Of a stretch of 64,000 nt of DNA, positions 40,578 through 50,400 are shown piece after piece. The notes beneath the pieces are model-generated. The model searched no databases. It was not told the origin of the DNA and worked only from the letters and a program-made list of their open reading frames with translations. A program made the position numbers and the translations under genes. Source of the stretch: Octopus sinensis (lineage: Eukaryota); NCBI RefSeq assembly GCF_006345805.1, contig NC_043002.1:9424001-9488000 (forward strand), written 5' to 3'. How positions within the stretch are numbered: position 1 is the first letter of the stretch; each line of letters starts with the position of its first letter.

Positions 40578-43500
40578 CCACCATCAATATATGTGGGGAA
40601 AATACGGAGATTAAGAATACGATAAAAATAAACACAAACTCAAATTCTAATTTCAAATTTTTTTATGAAAAACTCCGGCCCAAAATACCCCAGCCACCCC
40701 GCTGTCTAAATGTGAAAAATGAACGGTTGTTTTGAAAGTTTAAAAAAAAAATCCTTTAATTTCTCATATTACTGCGGGAAATTACTCTGAAAGAAATCTT
40801 TGCAGAAAAAGGTGAGTAGATTGATTATATTATGTCATCGCAGTTTTATGAGATTTGGCTAGCGTGTGAATAGCCTGCTTGAAGGCCTAATTTTGCAAAC
40901 TAATTTTTGGTAATTTTTCATTGTAACACCCGAACGATTTTCACTAAGAAAAAAAGAAAAAAAACTCGGATTTTTCGCCTGGAATCAAGTACCTTGACTT
41001 TAATATGTTGCAAATCTCTTGTTTTGATTCGGGAAGAGGGGGACCCCAGGCCCCAGATTCGTTGGATTTTTTTCGTTGAATGAATTCCTGTGACATCCTA
41101 ATATGCTGCAAAACCCTTTTTGGGGTCCGAAAAACGGAGTGAGGTGGGAACCTCGGAAATTTCCCCACCATCGCCACCACCATTGATCTTGTTATGGTTA
41201 GGGAAATCCGTCTCGGATTCTTTTTTTTTTTTTTTTTTTTTTTTTTCCCACTTAGTGAAAGTCGTGCTGGTAGGGGCAGGTGAAATTTCCGAGACTTCCC
41301 CCTCACCGCACTGCGTTTTTCGGACCCAAAAAGGGTTTTGTAGCACATTAGGATGTCATAGGAATTCATTCAGTGGGGGGGGGGTTCAAATGCCCCCCTT
41401 CCCGAACCAGAATAAGCATATTAAAGAGGTCAGGGTACTTGATTCCACACAAAAAATTCCAGGGTCCCCCCCCCCCCGTCGACACAATCCCCTCCTTTTT
41501 TCGGGCTGCACCCCCCCCCCTTTTCTCCCAAATTTGTTTATTTAAAAATTATTTTTGCCAGTAGTCTATACCTTGGCAATCCTTTCAGTAGGGGAGATTT
41601 AAAAAAGTAAATGCAAATTAATGGGGAAATAACAAGAGGAGATAGATAAGTTAACCTGCTGTTAAGCATAGTCATTGGATATAGCAACCAAAAAGTGTAC
41701 AAGTGCCTTTCTTAAAAGTTGCTAGATCTTGTTTGTAAGGAGCTAGTGACTAAAGATGGAAACATATCACCTGTATCAAAGCATAAAAAGCAATCTAAAC
41801 ACTCTTAAATCATCAGAACACCTGAATTTATCCAGCAAGTTCAACAGACCATTGATTGCAATCCTAGAAAGTCCATGAGGTCAATTGCAAAAGATCTCCA
41901 TGTGTTACAAGGAGCGGTTAAAAATGTTGTCCATGGAGGCATATGATATGTCTTATATGATGAGGAAAGGTCAATTTGTCAGAAAAAGCAAAAGATAATC
42001 AGATCTAAAATGCTCTTAAACAAACTGAAAATCCAGCAGAAGATTTGATTTGGGTTTTCTCAAATGAGAAAAACTTCAACCAAGAAGAGAAAGTTAACAG
42101 GAAAAATGACAGTTGGTTCTTTGCAGACCCTTCTGAAGTTCCAAGTGTTAGGCATACAAAGTTTCCTGCAACTGTATTGGATTTAGGGGTTGTCATCAAT
42201 GAAGGACATGTGATGCCTCCTTACTTCTGTCCACGAGGCCTTAGAGTTAACTCTGCTACCTACATCGAGGTCCCGGAAATGATTGTAAGCTTTGGATAGA
42301 CAGTGTATGCAATGGAAGGCCATGTGTATTTCAGTAAGATTCTGCACTATCACACATGGCTCTAGTAACACAGGAATAGATGGATGAAAATTTTCATGAT
42401 CACATAACCCCTAACATTTGGCCTCCTAATTCCCAGATCTCAGTCCATTGGACTAATACATGTAGAGTGTTGTTGAGAGAGAGAGGTCAATGAACACATC
42501 CATAACACCAGATTCTTTGGAAGCTACCATAGTCAGAGTAATGTCTAAAATGAACCAGGGCCACTTGATTCAAGCATGTAGATTATTTAGATCACATATA
42601 GAAGCACTTGTTGAAGCTGAAGGTGGTTTTATTGAACAACATAGAAAAAAAGGTTTATGTTTGTTTTTTTTATGAACATAAATCTGTCCTCATATCTTAC
42701 ACACCCTGTGTATATTTTACACACACATTCTTAAGAGAGACATTTTTTCACTTTTGGGTTGCTGTATCCAGTGTTTATGTTGTTTAACAGTAGGCTTGTT
42801 TATGTCCCTTTACTTGTTATCTTACCAATAATTTTTATTTACTTTTTTGACATCCCTAAACTGAACAATTTATTTAAAAAAATTTTTTTTGTGATTGCGA
42901 TAAATTATGTTAAATTTTTTTTTTCTTGCATTTCTAGGTCGTCTTCCTGCAGCGGCAGCCAAAGGCCGTAAGAAAAAGAAGCCGAAGGATGTTAATAGGC
43001 CCAAACGGACTACATCTGCTTACTTTTATTATATGGCACATTGCAGAGAGCAGGCTAATAAATCAGGCACAACCATTCCTAAAGTAAGTTGGATACTATA
43101 GATACTATGCTTTAAGACTCTTCAACTGTGAGTTGGACTGGTGCAGTTATTAATTAGGCTTGTTTGGAATGTGGTATTGAATTTTTCTTTGTTGTAACGA
43201 GTTATTTTGTTAGGTTTCAGATTTTACCAAAGAATGCTCAGAAAAATGGAAGGCTCTAACTGCTGTACAGAAAAAGCCCTTTGATGAGAAAGCTGCCAAG
43301 GATAAAGCCAGATACGTTAAAGAGGTAAGATATACTAAGCATGTTTAATGAAAGTCAGTGTATGTAAAAAGTAGGCTCGATGTATCACAGAGGTCTATAT
43401 TTACTGTTTTATTTCTTTCATATCTATAGATGTCAGATTATAAACAGAAAAATTCAGGTGATCCAAATAAACCAAAGAGACCACAGTCTTCATATTTCCT

Positions 43501-44370
43501 GTTCTTAAATGACTTCAGAGTGAAAATGAATGGGAAGGGTATTGATCACAAAGAGATACTCAGATTAGGTTTGTAATATTTTGGTTTTTTTATTTGAGAT
43601 TTCTTTGTAATTTCTATGATTGTGATGAACTAAATAAAGCATTATCCGTTATGCATCTAGTTTTTGAAATATATATATATACCAATTAAGGACTGAACAC
43701 GAAAAGTGGACAGTCAACATGCTAGATATAGACGTCAAATCGCCATTCACCACAAAAGGTTATGTTCTCAGATTTGACGTCTATATCTAGCATGTTGACT
43801 GTCCACTTTTCGTGTTCAGTCCTTAATTGGTATATATAAATATTTTAATCTTCGGATTCTTTTTTAATATGCTAGACCACTGGTCTTAATTGATAAATAT
43901 CAATTTCTACCCTTAATTAATTTTATATATATATATATATTGCATGTTTATTTTAGCTGGAGAAGAGTGGAGAAAGATGACAGATGATGTTAAGAAACCG
44001 TATGAGAAGAGAAATCGAGAAGAAAAGAAGAAATACGATGTAGCAATTGCTGAATACAAAAAGGTAACATTAGCTTGATTGTCCCTTTAGCTAAAAATCC
44101 CCCAAAAAGAAATTTGTATTGAAAGATGATTTTTGATGAAAGAAAACGTCAGTTTAAGCTTTTTTTAAAATTTTTTGTTGCTTATAGAGAAGTGGTGAAC
44201 AAATTAAAGGTGCTCCTTCAGTCAAGAAAGCGAAGGTCGTTGTAGAGGAGGAGGAAGAGGATGATGAGGAGGAGGCTGATGATGATGAAGAGGAAGCCGA
44301 AGAAGAAGAGGAAGAGGCTGATGAAGAAGAGGAGGAAGAAGATGAAGATGATGACGAAGAGGATGAATAG
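35466..44370 (+). CDS. HMGB: HMGB-family high mobility group protein (box A + box B + acidic tail), 6 coding exons, 229 aa
   Basis: Manual splicing with GT-AG introns and consistent phases gives MGRLPAAAAKGRKKKKPKDVNRPKRTTSAYFYYMAHCREQANKSGTTIPK|VSDFTKECSEKWKALTAVQKKPFDEKAAKDKARYVKE|MSDYKQKNSGDPNKPKRPQSSYFLFLNDFRVKMNGKGIDHKEILRL|AGEEWRKMTDDVKKPYEKRNREEKKKYDVAIAEYKK|RSGEQIKGAPSVKKAKVVV plus a 41-aa D/E tail. HMG-box motifs PKR..S.Y/F and W are present in both boxes. Confidence 0.93.
37178..37532 (+). repeat. Two-unit imperfect tandem repeat (first unit ~195 bp)
   Basis: gcggataagatgaaggggtttttgtttagccgcag...ccagcagtttaagcgatc occurs twice. Confidence 0.85.
37927..38423. mobile_element. MITE family A, compound copy (partial plus full)
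   Basis: Three TIR copies (about 37930, 38094 and 38423); a short SINE-tail fragment sits inside at about 38251-38295. Confidence 0.8.
38803..39362 (-). mobile_element. Two RTE-LINE tail fragments with duplicated flank
   Basis: catcagtttaaggcgactggcagcttattt...tggtctgttgagaat(cat)n plus tail occurs at about 38753 and 39125. Confidence 0.8.
40416..40883. mobile_element. Fold-back/MITE with ~100 bp imperfect TIRs
   Basis: ttcaagcaggctat...gagtaatttcccg versus cgggaaattactc...atagcctgcttgaa. Confidence 0.7.
40981..41446. mobile_element. Fold-back/MITE with ~190 bp imperfect arms
   Basis: ggaatcaagtacc...tgaatgaattcctgtgacatcctaat...cggaaattt versus aaatttccg...attaggatgtcataggaattcattca...ggtacttgattcc. 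Confidence 0.8.
41600..42712 (+). mobile_element. Tc1/mariner (maT/DD37D-like) transposase pseudogene in HMGB intron 1
   Basis: NPRKSMRSIAKDL, FS(N)EKNF, TKFPA.V..LGVV..EG.VMPP, FQ*DSA..H and WPPNS..L.PLD; ends caccctg near a TA. Confidence 0.85.
42938..43083 (+). CDS. HMGB: HMGB exon 2 (basic N-terminus, start of box A)
   Basis: Polypyrimidine tract and ctag acceptor; encodes KKKKPKDVNRPKRTTSAYFYY; gtaagt donor. Confidence 0.95.
43214..43324 (+). CDS. HMGB: HMGB exon 3 (rest of box A)
   Basis: ttag acceptor; 111 nt encoding FTKECSEKWK...DKARY; gtaaga donor. Confidence 0.95.
43430..43568 (+). CDS. HMGB: HMGB exon 4 (start of box B)
   Basis: atag acceptor; encodes DPNKPKRPQSSYFLF; gtttgt donor, phase 1. 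Confidence 0.95.
43957..44063 (+). CDS. HMGB: HMGB exon 5 (rest of box B)
   Basis: ttttag acceptor; encodes AGEEWRKM...KKPYE...KY; gtaaca donor. Confidence 0.95.
44188..44370 (+). CDS. HMGB: HMGB exon 6 (acidic tail, TAG stop)
   Basis: atag acceptor; 61 codons ending in TAG at 44368-44370; 38 of the last 41 residues are D/E. Confidence 0.92.
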   Translation, partial: RSGEQIKGAPSVKKAKVVVEEEEEDDEEEADDDEEEAEEEEEEADEEEEEEDEDDDEEDE

Positions 44371-45420
44371 GTGGAGAAATTAAAAATTATATTGGACATT
44401 CATCCAGTAATTCTGACAAATGACTTGAAATCATTTGTAGAATGTAGAGAAGAGAGGTGATTTCGCTCAGATTTATTTTTCTCTCCATCACTGCCATTGT
44501 CTTATACCCAACTTGATGTGTCTCGTCACAAAAAAAAAAAAAAGATCTAAATGTTAAATTTAAACCACAACTTCTTTTTCTTTCTTTATGATTTCTGTGG
44601 TTTATAATATCATTTGACATCAGACATTTCATTTTTGTTCTGTAAATGTTTTCATTATTCACATTCCTCTTGAAATTAGATTACAGATTATTTTATATTC
44701 AGATGATAGAAGTGTGCCTTACTCTCAGCGTGCACTTAAGAGAATTCAATGCAATTTAACATAGTGTAAAATAATTGAAATTTGTTGTTTTGTAGAGGGT
44801 GGGGGTGTAAATTCTTTATAAACTGAATTCTTATTGGACAATCCTGCTGCTTCACCAGTGGCATTGTTTTGTCTCCATTGTGGTTGGCAGGGTTGTGACT
44901 TCAAATGATTATTTTCTTCACGTCACTTGACAGCTTATAACTGTTTTTTTCTCTTGCCATTTAACTATGTGTTTCATCAGGTTTATTCACAGAATATACA
45001 GTTTTGTAACTTTAAAAACAGGCTAAATTTTAGCTATTAGTGCCTTGTTTATAAAATTAATGAAGATATTTTGTTTTACAATTTCTGGTTACTTCAGTAT
45101 ATCACTTTGACCACTTCAGTGTTCCTATTTCATATTGTAAAATTAAGAATTTTTCTTCATATATTTTTAAAATTGGTTTCCATATGACCTTTAAAATGTT
45201 GTTTTCCCTTAAAATAGTCTCCTGTTGAACTATCACACAAAAACAAAAAAAAATTGATTAGGTAAACAGTTTATCCCCCTTTTCCATTCAAGAACATGAT
45301 CTCTTTCCTATTATTATACCCTGAAGGCTTGCTCAACTTGCAAGGATTAGTTGTGTCTTAGGAACAATTTAAGATGTAATTATTCTATTTAAACTGAAAT
45401 AAAATATTTAAAAAAAAAAT
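44371..45420 (+). other. Putative HMGB 3' UTR with polyadenylation signal
   Basis: About 1 kb of U-rich sequence with no recognisable TE after the stop codon; AATAAA at 45398-45403. Confidence 0.5.
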
Positions 45421-45799
45421 TCCTCTTGCTATATGTTTGACTAGCTTAGAAGCTGCCCGATAGGGTGGCTTTTAAACTAGATCCTGTTGTGGACTCTTCA
45501 TTAGGCCTCGGGTCCAACATTGACATTTCATGCATTGTGTACATGTTAGATTTCTCAACCAATGAACAATTTTCATCAAAGCAATGATATAATTTGTCGA
45601 CTTGGAACTTATACAAAGCTGCGTGGTAAACAACATTGTGCTGATCCCTGAATGGGGAGATTAAAAATGTTGTTTGTCATGCAGTTTTGCAATAAGTTCC
45701 AAGTCAACAAATTATATCATTGTTTTGAGGAAAATTGTTTCTTTGCTGGAAAAATATTGTTCAAGTTTAATAAAATTTAATACGTACTCAATGCATGAA

Positions 45800-46310
45800 G
45801 TGTCATTGTTAGGCGCAAGGCCCAGTGAAGAGCCCTCCACAGGAGCTGGCTTAAAAGCTACCCGATAGCATCTGGCAGTGCTATAGGAATGTATTACCTG
45901 TTCGAGAAAAATTGTCCAAACACAGCATTCCAGTGTCCCCGGCATGCCCAAGGTGTGGGAAGGACCGAGAAACCATCCTGCACGTCCTTGTACAGTGTCT
46001 GGAGATTTTGGGTTTGATAATTTACGTCGAGCACATGTCGCATCTGGGAAGAGTACAGCTGTCAGCTGAGTCTGTGATGAAGACTGTACTGCCAACTGGA
46101 CTTTCGAAGGAAGGTGAGGCATGTTTTCTTTGTACGGTCACTGTTATGAAAGAGTGTTTGGAGGAGCAGAATTAAAGGAGTCGCAACAGGGACCTTTGTC
46201 TCTGGCCCTGGCTTACTGTATTTCTTTAGATATCATCTGAAGAGCAAGATAGGGCTAGAGGGAATATATCTGTTGTGAAGCATATATGAGAATAGATGGA
46301 AGGATGCCCC
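45800..46310 (+). mobile_element. Tx1/L1-like ORF2 3' fragment
   Basis: CPRCGKDRETILHVLVQC zinc finger, homologous to 52100-52250. Confidence 0.75.
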
Positions 46311-46639
46311 TGACAAAGAAAACAATAACTACACAAGCGGACACACAGGAAAAAATTCCCCATTCCACTCCCGAATTGAAACCCTCAACAACAAAAAGAA
46401 AAATAAATTAAATACATTGAAAAAAAAGACAGGTAATAACTAGTATTTTTGCTAGTCACTGAGGTGTGTTTGTGTAGAAATGAATACAAGAGATGCCAGC
46501 CAATATTCAGATGGCAAAAATAATCGATGAAGAATTATGAGTTGATAAAGAGATACCCGAATGATATATTGGATGTAACAAAAGAAGTGGTCCGGTAAAA
46601 AGTTGAGCTTAACCCAGAGAGAAGGGGGGGGAGGCTGCC

Positions 46640-47200
46640 AAATTAGTGCAGCCACTCCCTAAACGTAAATTTATTTCTCCTAGTCGTCAGGGAGGCGAGG
46701 GCATAGTGGTTTTATTCAGAAAAGGCTTGGATGTACAGGTAAGTACTGTCTTTCTGGACTCAGGAGGAGGTAGGCTGGTCGTCCTAGATGTGACACATGT
46801 AAGTAAGCAATCGTTCAGGTTGGGAGCTGTCTATGCTCTTAAGGAGTAGACAAGCTGGGGGGTTTTTTTTTTTTTTTTTGAGACCTGGAGAATTTCTTGG
46901 TGACGTCTAAGAATCTAGTTTTAATAGGAGACTTTAACACTATTCTCGACACGGGTGGATAGTGTTGGCTCGGCAAATAGAAGAGGAAGTCCTGAGCTCA
47001 AAAGGCTATAACTTAGTAGACCGTTACAGGCTGGATGAACCGGTCATTCCACAGTGGATGTGGACTAAAAACGATGGTTCACACAGGTCTTATCTAGATA
47101 GAATGTTCATTAGAGATAAGGATGCTTTTAGTTGTCCATGCTTCTGTTGCGTCCTTTACATGGGTCACAAATTTGTAAGGTGTATGTTTGTCTAAGGCAG
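46640..47200 (+). mobile_element. Tx1/L1-like endonuclease fragment
   Basis: GRLVVLDV, AVYA, GDFNT and SYLDRMF; paralogous to 49300-49800. Confidence 0.75.
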
Positions 47201-47256
47201 ATTTCTCAGAGATGGAGAAGGTGCTAAACAAAGAGACCAATAATGCAAAACAAGTC

Positions 47257-47457
47257 GTCATCATTTAACGTCTGCTTTCCATGCTAGCATGTGTTGGATG
47301 GTTTGACTGTGGGCTGGCGAACCAGATGCACCAGGCTCCAGTCTGATCTGGCAGTGTTTCTACAGCTGGATGCTCTTCCTAACGCCAACCACTCTGTGAG
47401 TGTAAGTGGGTGCTTCTTACAGGCCAGTCAGGTGGTACTGACAACGACCTCGCTTGA
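47257..47457 (-). mobile_element. RTE-LINE 3' end
   Basis: Reverse complement of the family tail. Confidence 0.8.
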
Positions 47458-47479
47458 ATTTTTTTTTTTTTTTTCGTAA

Positions 47480-50400
47480 GCAAGAATATGGTAAAGCTAG
47501 AGGTGATGATGGTTGAATTAAGTACAGAAATCTCATAAGAAAGAACAGAAATGATATGAAGTTGCTCCCTCTGAAGGAAATTGTGCATAACAGCTGCGGA
47601 AACAGTGGTTTATAAAACGTACACAACCTAATAAGAATTGTATCTTGTAATAGTGACATAATTGAAAGGTGACCGGCACCTATTTTAAATAAAATTGTGT
47701 ATGTTGGACATGGTAGGAACACAGTTTGCCAACGAGAACACAACGATAGAAATATCAACAAGAACACTAAAAAACGAAGAAAAAATCACTTTATTACCAA
47801 CGTATTTGGGTAGAACAGCAAAAATTACTAAAGAAGAAATACCAGCAGGATACGATGTAATTTGGATAGCAGTAGCTATAACTTATGACATGGAGGAATA
47901 AGTGTCTGTTTTACAGATGAAGAAGAAAGAGGCCAAGAATTGGAAGGGGAAGACCCTTGAGGTCATGGTCCAAGTCACCCCAGAAGTATTAGAAGGGCGT
48001 AGGCCATGCTGCTTTAACTGCGGCGAAAAGGGCCACATCCACTCTGAATGCTAGCCTAAAGAAAAAAGAGTGAAGCTCCTCCCCAAAAAGAACTGCTAGA
48101 GACAGGAGAAAAAAGACACAAGAACTGAAAAGACAAGGTAAGACCCAGGAAAAGCACAAAACGCAGAGGAAGAATTGGAATTTACCATGGTTAAAGCCCA
48201 AAAGAGGAAAAAGGCCCAAGCCCCAGACTCCTCTCCCCATATAAAGAAAACAAATATGCCAATGACAGATACACACGAAAAATCTCCACACCATCCCATT
48301 GTTAAAACCCACTACCAAACCCCACCCCAAGGTGCAAGAATAAATTGTGTCCTTTAATGAAAAAATGTACTATCAAGAGTGATTAGAGCTCGTTACAAAG
48401 CTCGGGTTTATAAAAAGAATAGGGACATGCCACCTCACATTCAAATTGCAAGGATGGAGGTGGGATTGAACTAAAAGGAAGGTATCCTGATGACTTATGT
48501 CAAGAGATAGCTGGTAGAACCTTTATGCTCAGTCCAGTGGCTACACCGTAAAAGAAAAGGGATGGAGAGGAAGCTGAATTCTCGCAGCCCCACCCCAAAC
48601 TTAAAATGTAAGTAAGTATGCTTTACTATGGAGATTAAGCTAGTGTGTTATTTCTTTATTGCCCACAAGGGGCTAAACATAGAGGGGGCAGACAAAGGGA
48701 TTAAGCCGATTACATCGACCCCAGTGCGTAACTGGTACTTAATTTGTCGACCTCGGTGGGATTTGAACTCAGAACGTAACGGCAGACAAAATACCTATTT
48801 CTTTACTATCCACAAGGGGCTAAACACAAAGGACAGACAGACGGATTAAGTCGATTATATCGATCCCTGTGCGTAACTGGTACTTAATTTATCGCCCCCA
48901 AAAGGATGAAAGGCAAAGTCGACCTCGGCGGAATTTGAACTCGGAACGTAACAGCAGACGAAATACCTATTTCTTTACTACCCACAAGGGGCTAAACACA
49001 GAGAGGCGGATTAAGTCGATTATATCGACCCCAGTGTGTAACTGGTACTTAATTTATCGACCCTGAAAGAATGAAAGGCAAAGTAGACCTTGGCGGAATT
49101 TGAACTCAGAACGTAACGGCAGAGGAAATACTGCTAAGCATTTCGCCCAGCGTGCTAACGTTTCTGCCAGCTCACCACCTTAGATTAAGCTAGTGTCTGT
49201 AAATGCACATGGTCGGGGTCGAAATGGAAACAAACTTGTCTCCTGGAGGACCTTAGGTCACTAGATATAGAAGTTTGAGTTGTGACTGAGTCCAAGCGGA
49301 ATGGGACACAATTGTTCTCACCTCTTCTAAATGGCTACGAGAAATTTATTTCTCCTAGTTGTGGGGTGGGGGTCGTAGTGGTTTTATTCAGGAAAAACAT
49401 GGACGTGCAGGTTTTTACAGTCTTTCTGGACCCAGAAGGTAGATTGGTCATTTTAGATGTGACACACGTAAGTAAACAGTCCTTCAGGTTGGTAGCTGTC
49501 TAAGCAGATAATGCGTATAGACAGGCAGGCTATTTCTGGGACCTGGAGAACTGCTTAGTGATGTCAAAAACTCTAGTTGTACTAGGAGACTTTAACACTA
49601 TTCTCGACGCACTGGTAGGTAGTACTGGCTACTAGAAGGCTATAACTAGTAGACTGATACAGACTGGACGAACCACTCGTTCTACAGTGGGCTTAGACTA
49701 ATAACAACGGTTTCCTCATCTTATATACATAGGATATTCATTAGGGATAGAGATAGGAATATGTTTAGTTGTCCATGCCTTTGTTGTGTCCACTACATGT
49801 ATCAAAGTTTGTGACATGAGAGGTGTACCTGGATAAGTGTCACAGGCACGGGACCAGCATACTGGAAGATGAACAAGTCTATTTTGACTTGTAAAACATT
49901 CCGTGCAGAGGGCATTAACCGGGGCCATTATTAATAACAGGTGGTGGTGTGCCCTCAAGCGAGCCATTCGTTCTGAGGCTATTAGATTTAGTAAACAGCT
50001 AAGTCAAGATAAAATTAGAATAGAAGGGAACTTAATTAAGGAATTAGATGAGGCCATGGAATCTGGATTTGCATCCAGAATGATGGTGGTGAAAGTGGCC
50101 TTTTTTTCCCATCATCTCAAAGCCAAACACGAAGGGTGTAGAGTCAGAGCTAAACTGCATGCGGTGGGGAGTATTAACGGTAGAAGTAGAGGGTATTAAT
50201 GTTGCCGGATGTGTATGTCGTGTGAAGAGATGGAGAGGCAGAGAAGCCTCTATTAAGTCTTTAACAGACGAACATGGGTGTAAAATGGAAGTACAGGAAG
50301 AGATGTAAAAAGCTTTTCACCAGCATTTTGCCTGGTTGTTCAGGGAGAGTGGCTGGCTGGACAGTGGTGAGTTCCTAAAGGACTTCCTTGCCGGTAGGCC

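Noticed and set aside
42907-42937. ATG at 42907 as the HMGB start
   Set aside because: It lies in the polypyrimidine tract of the acceptor (MLNFFFLAFL); the spliced ATG at 35466 fits the phase and family N-terminus better.
43622-43696. C/D box snoRNA in HMGB intron 4 (GTGATGA...CTGA)
   Set aside because: There is no terminal stem, and the D box lies in the repeat-derived hairpin beyond a TA run.
44154-44399. Poly-Ser ORF on the minus strand
   Set aside because: It is the antisense reading of the HMGB acidic-tail exon.
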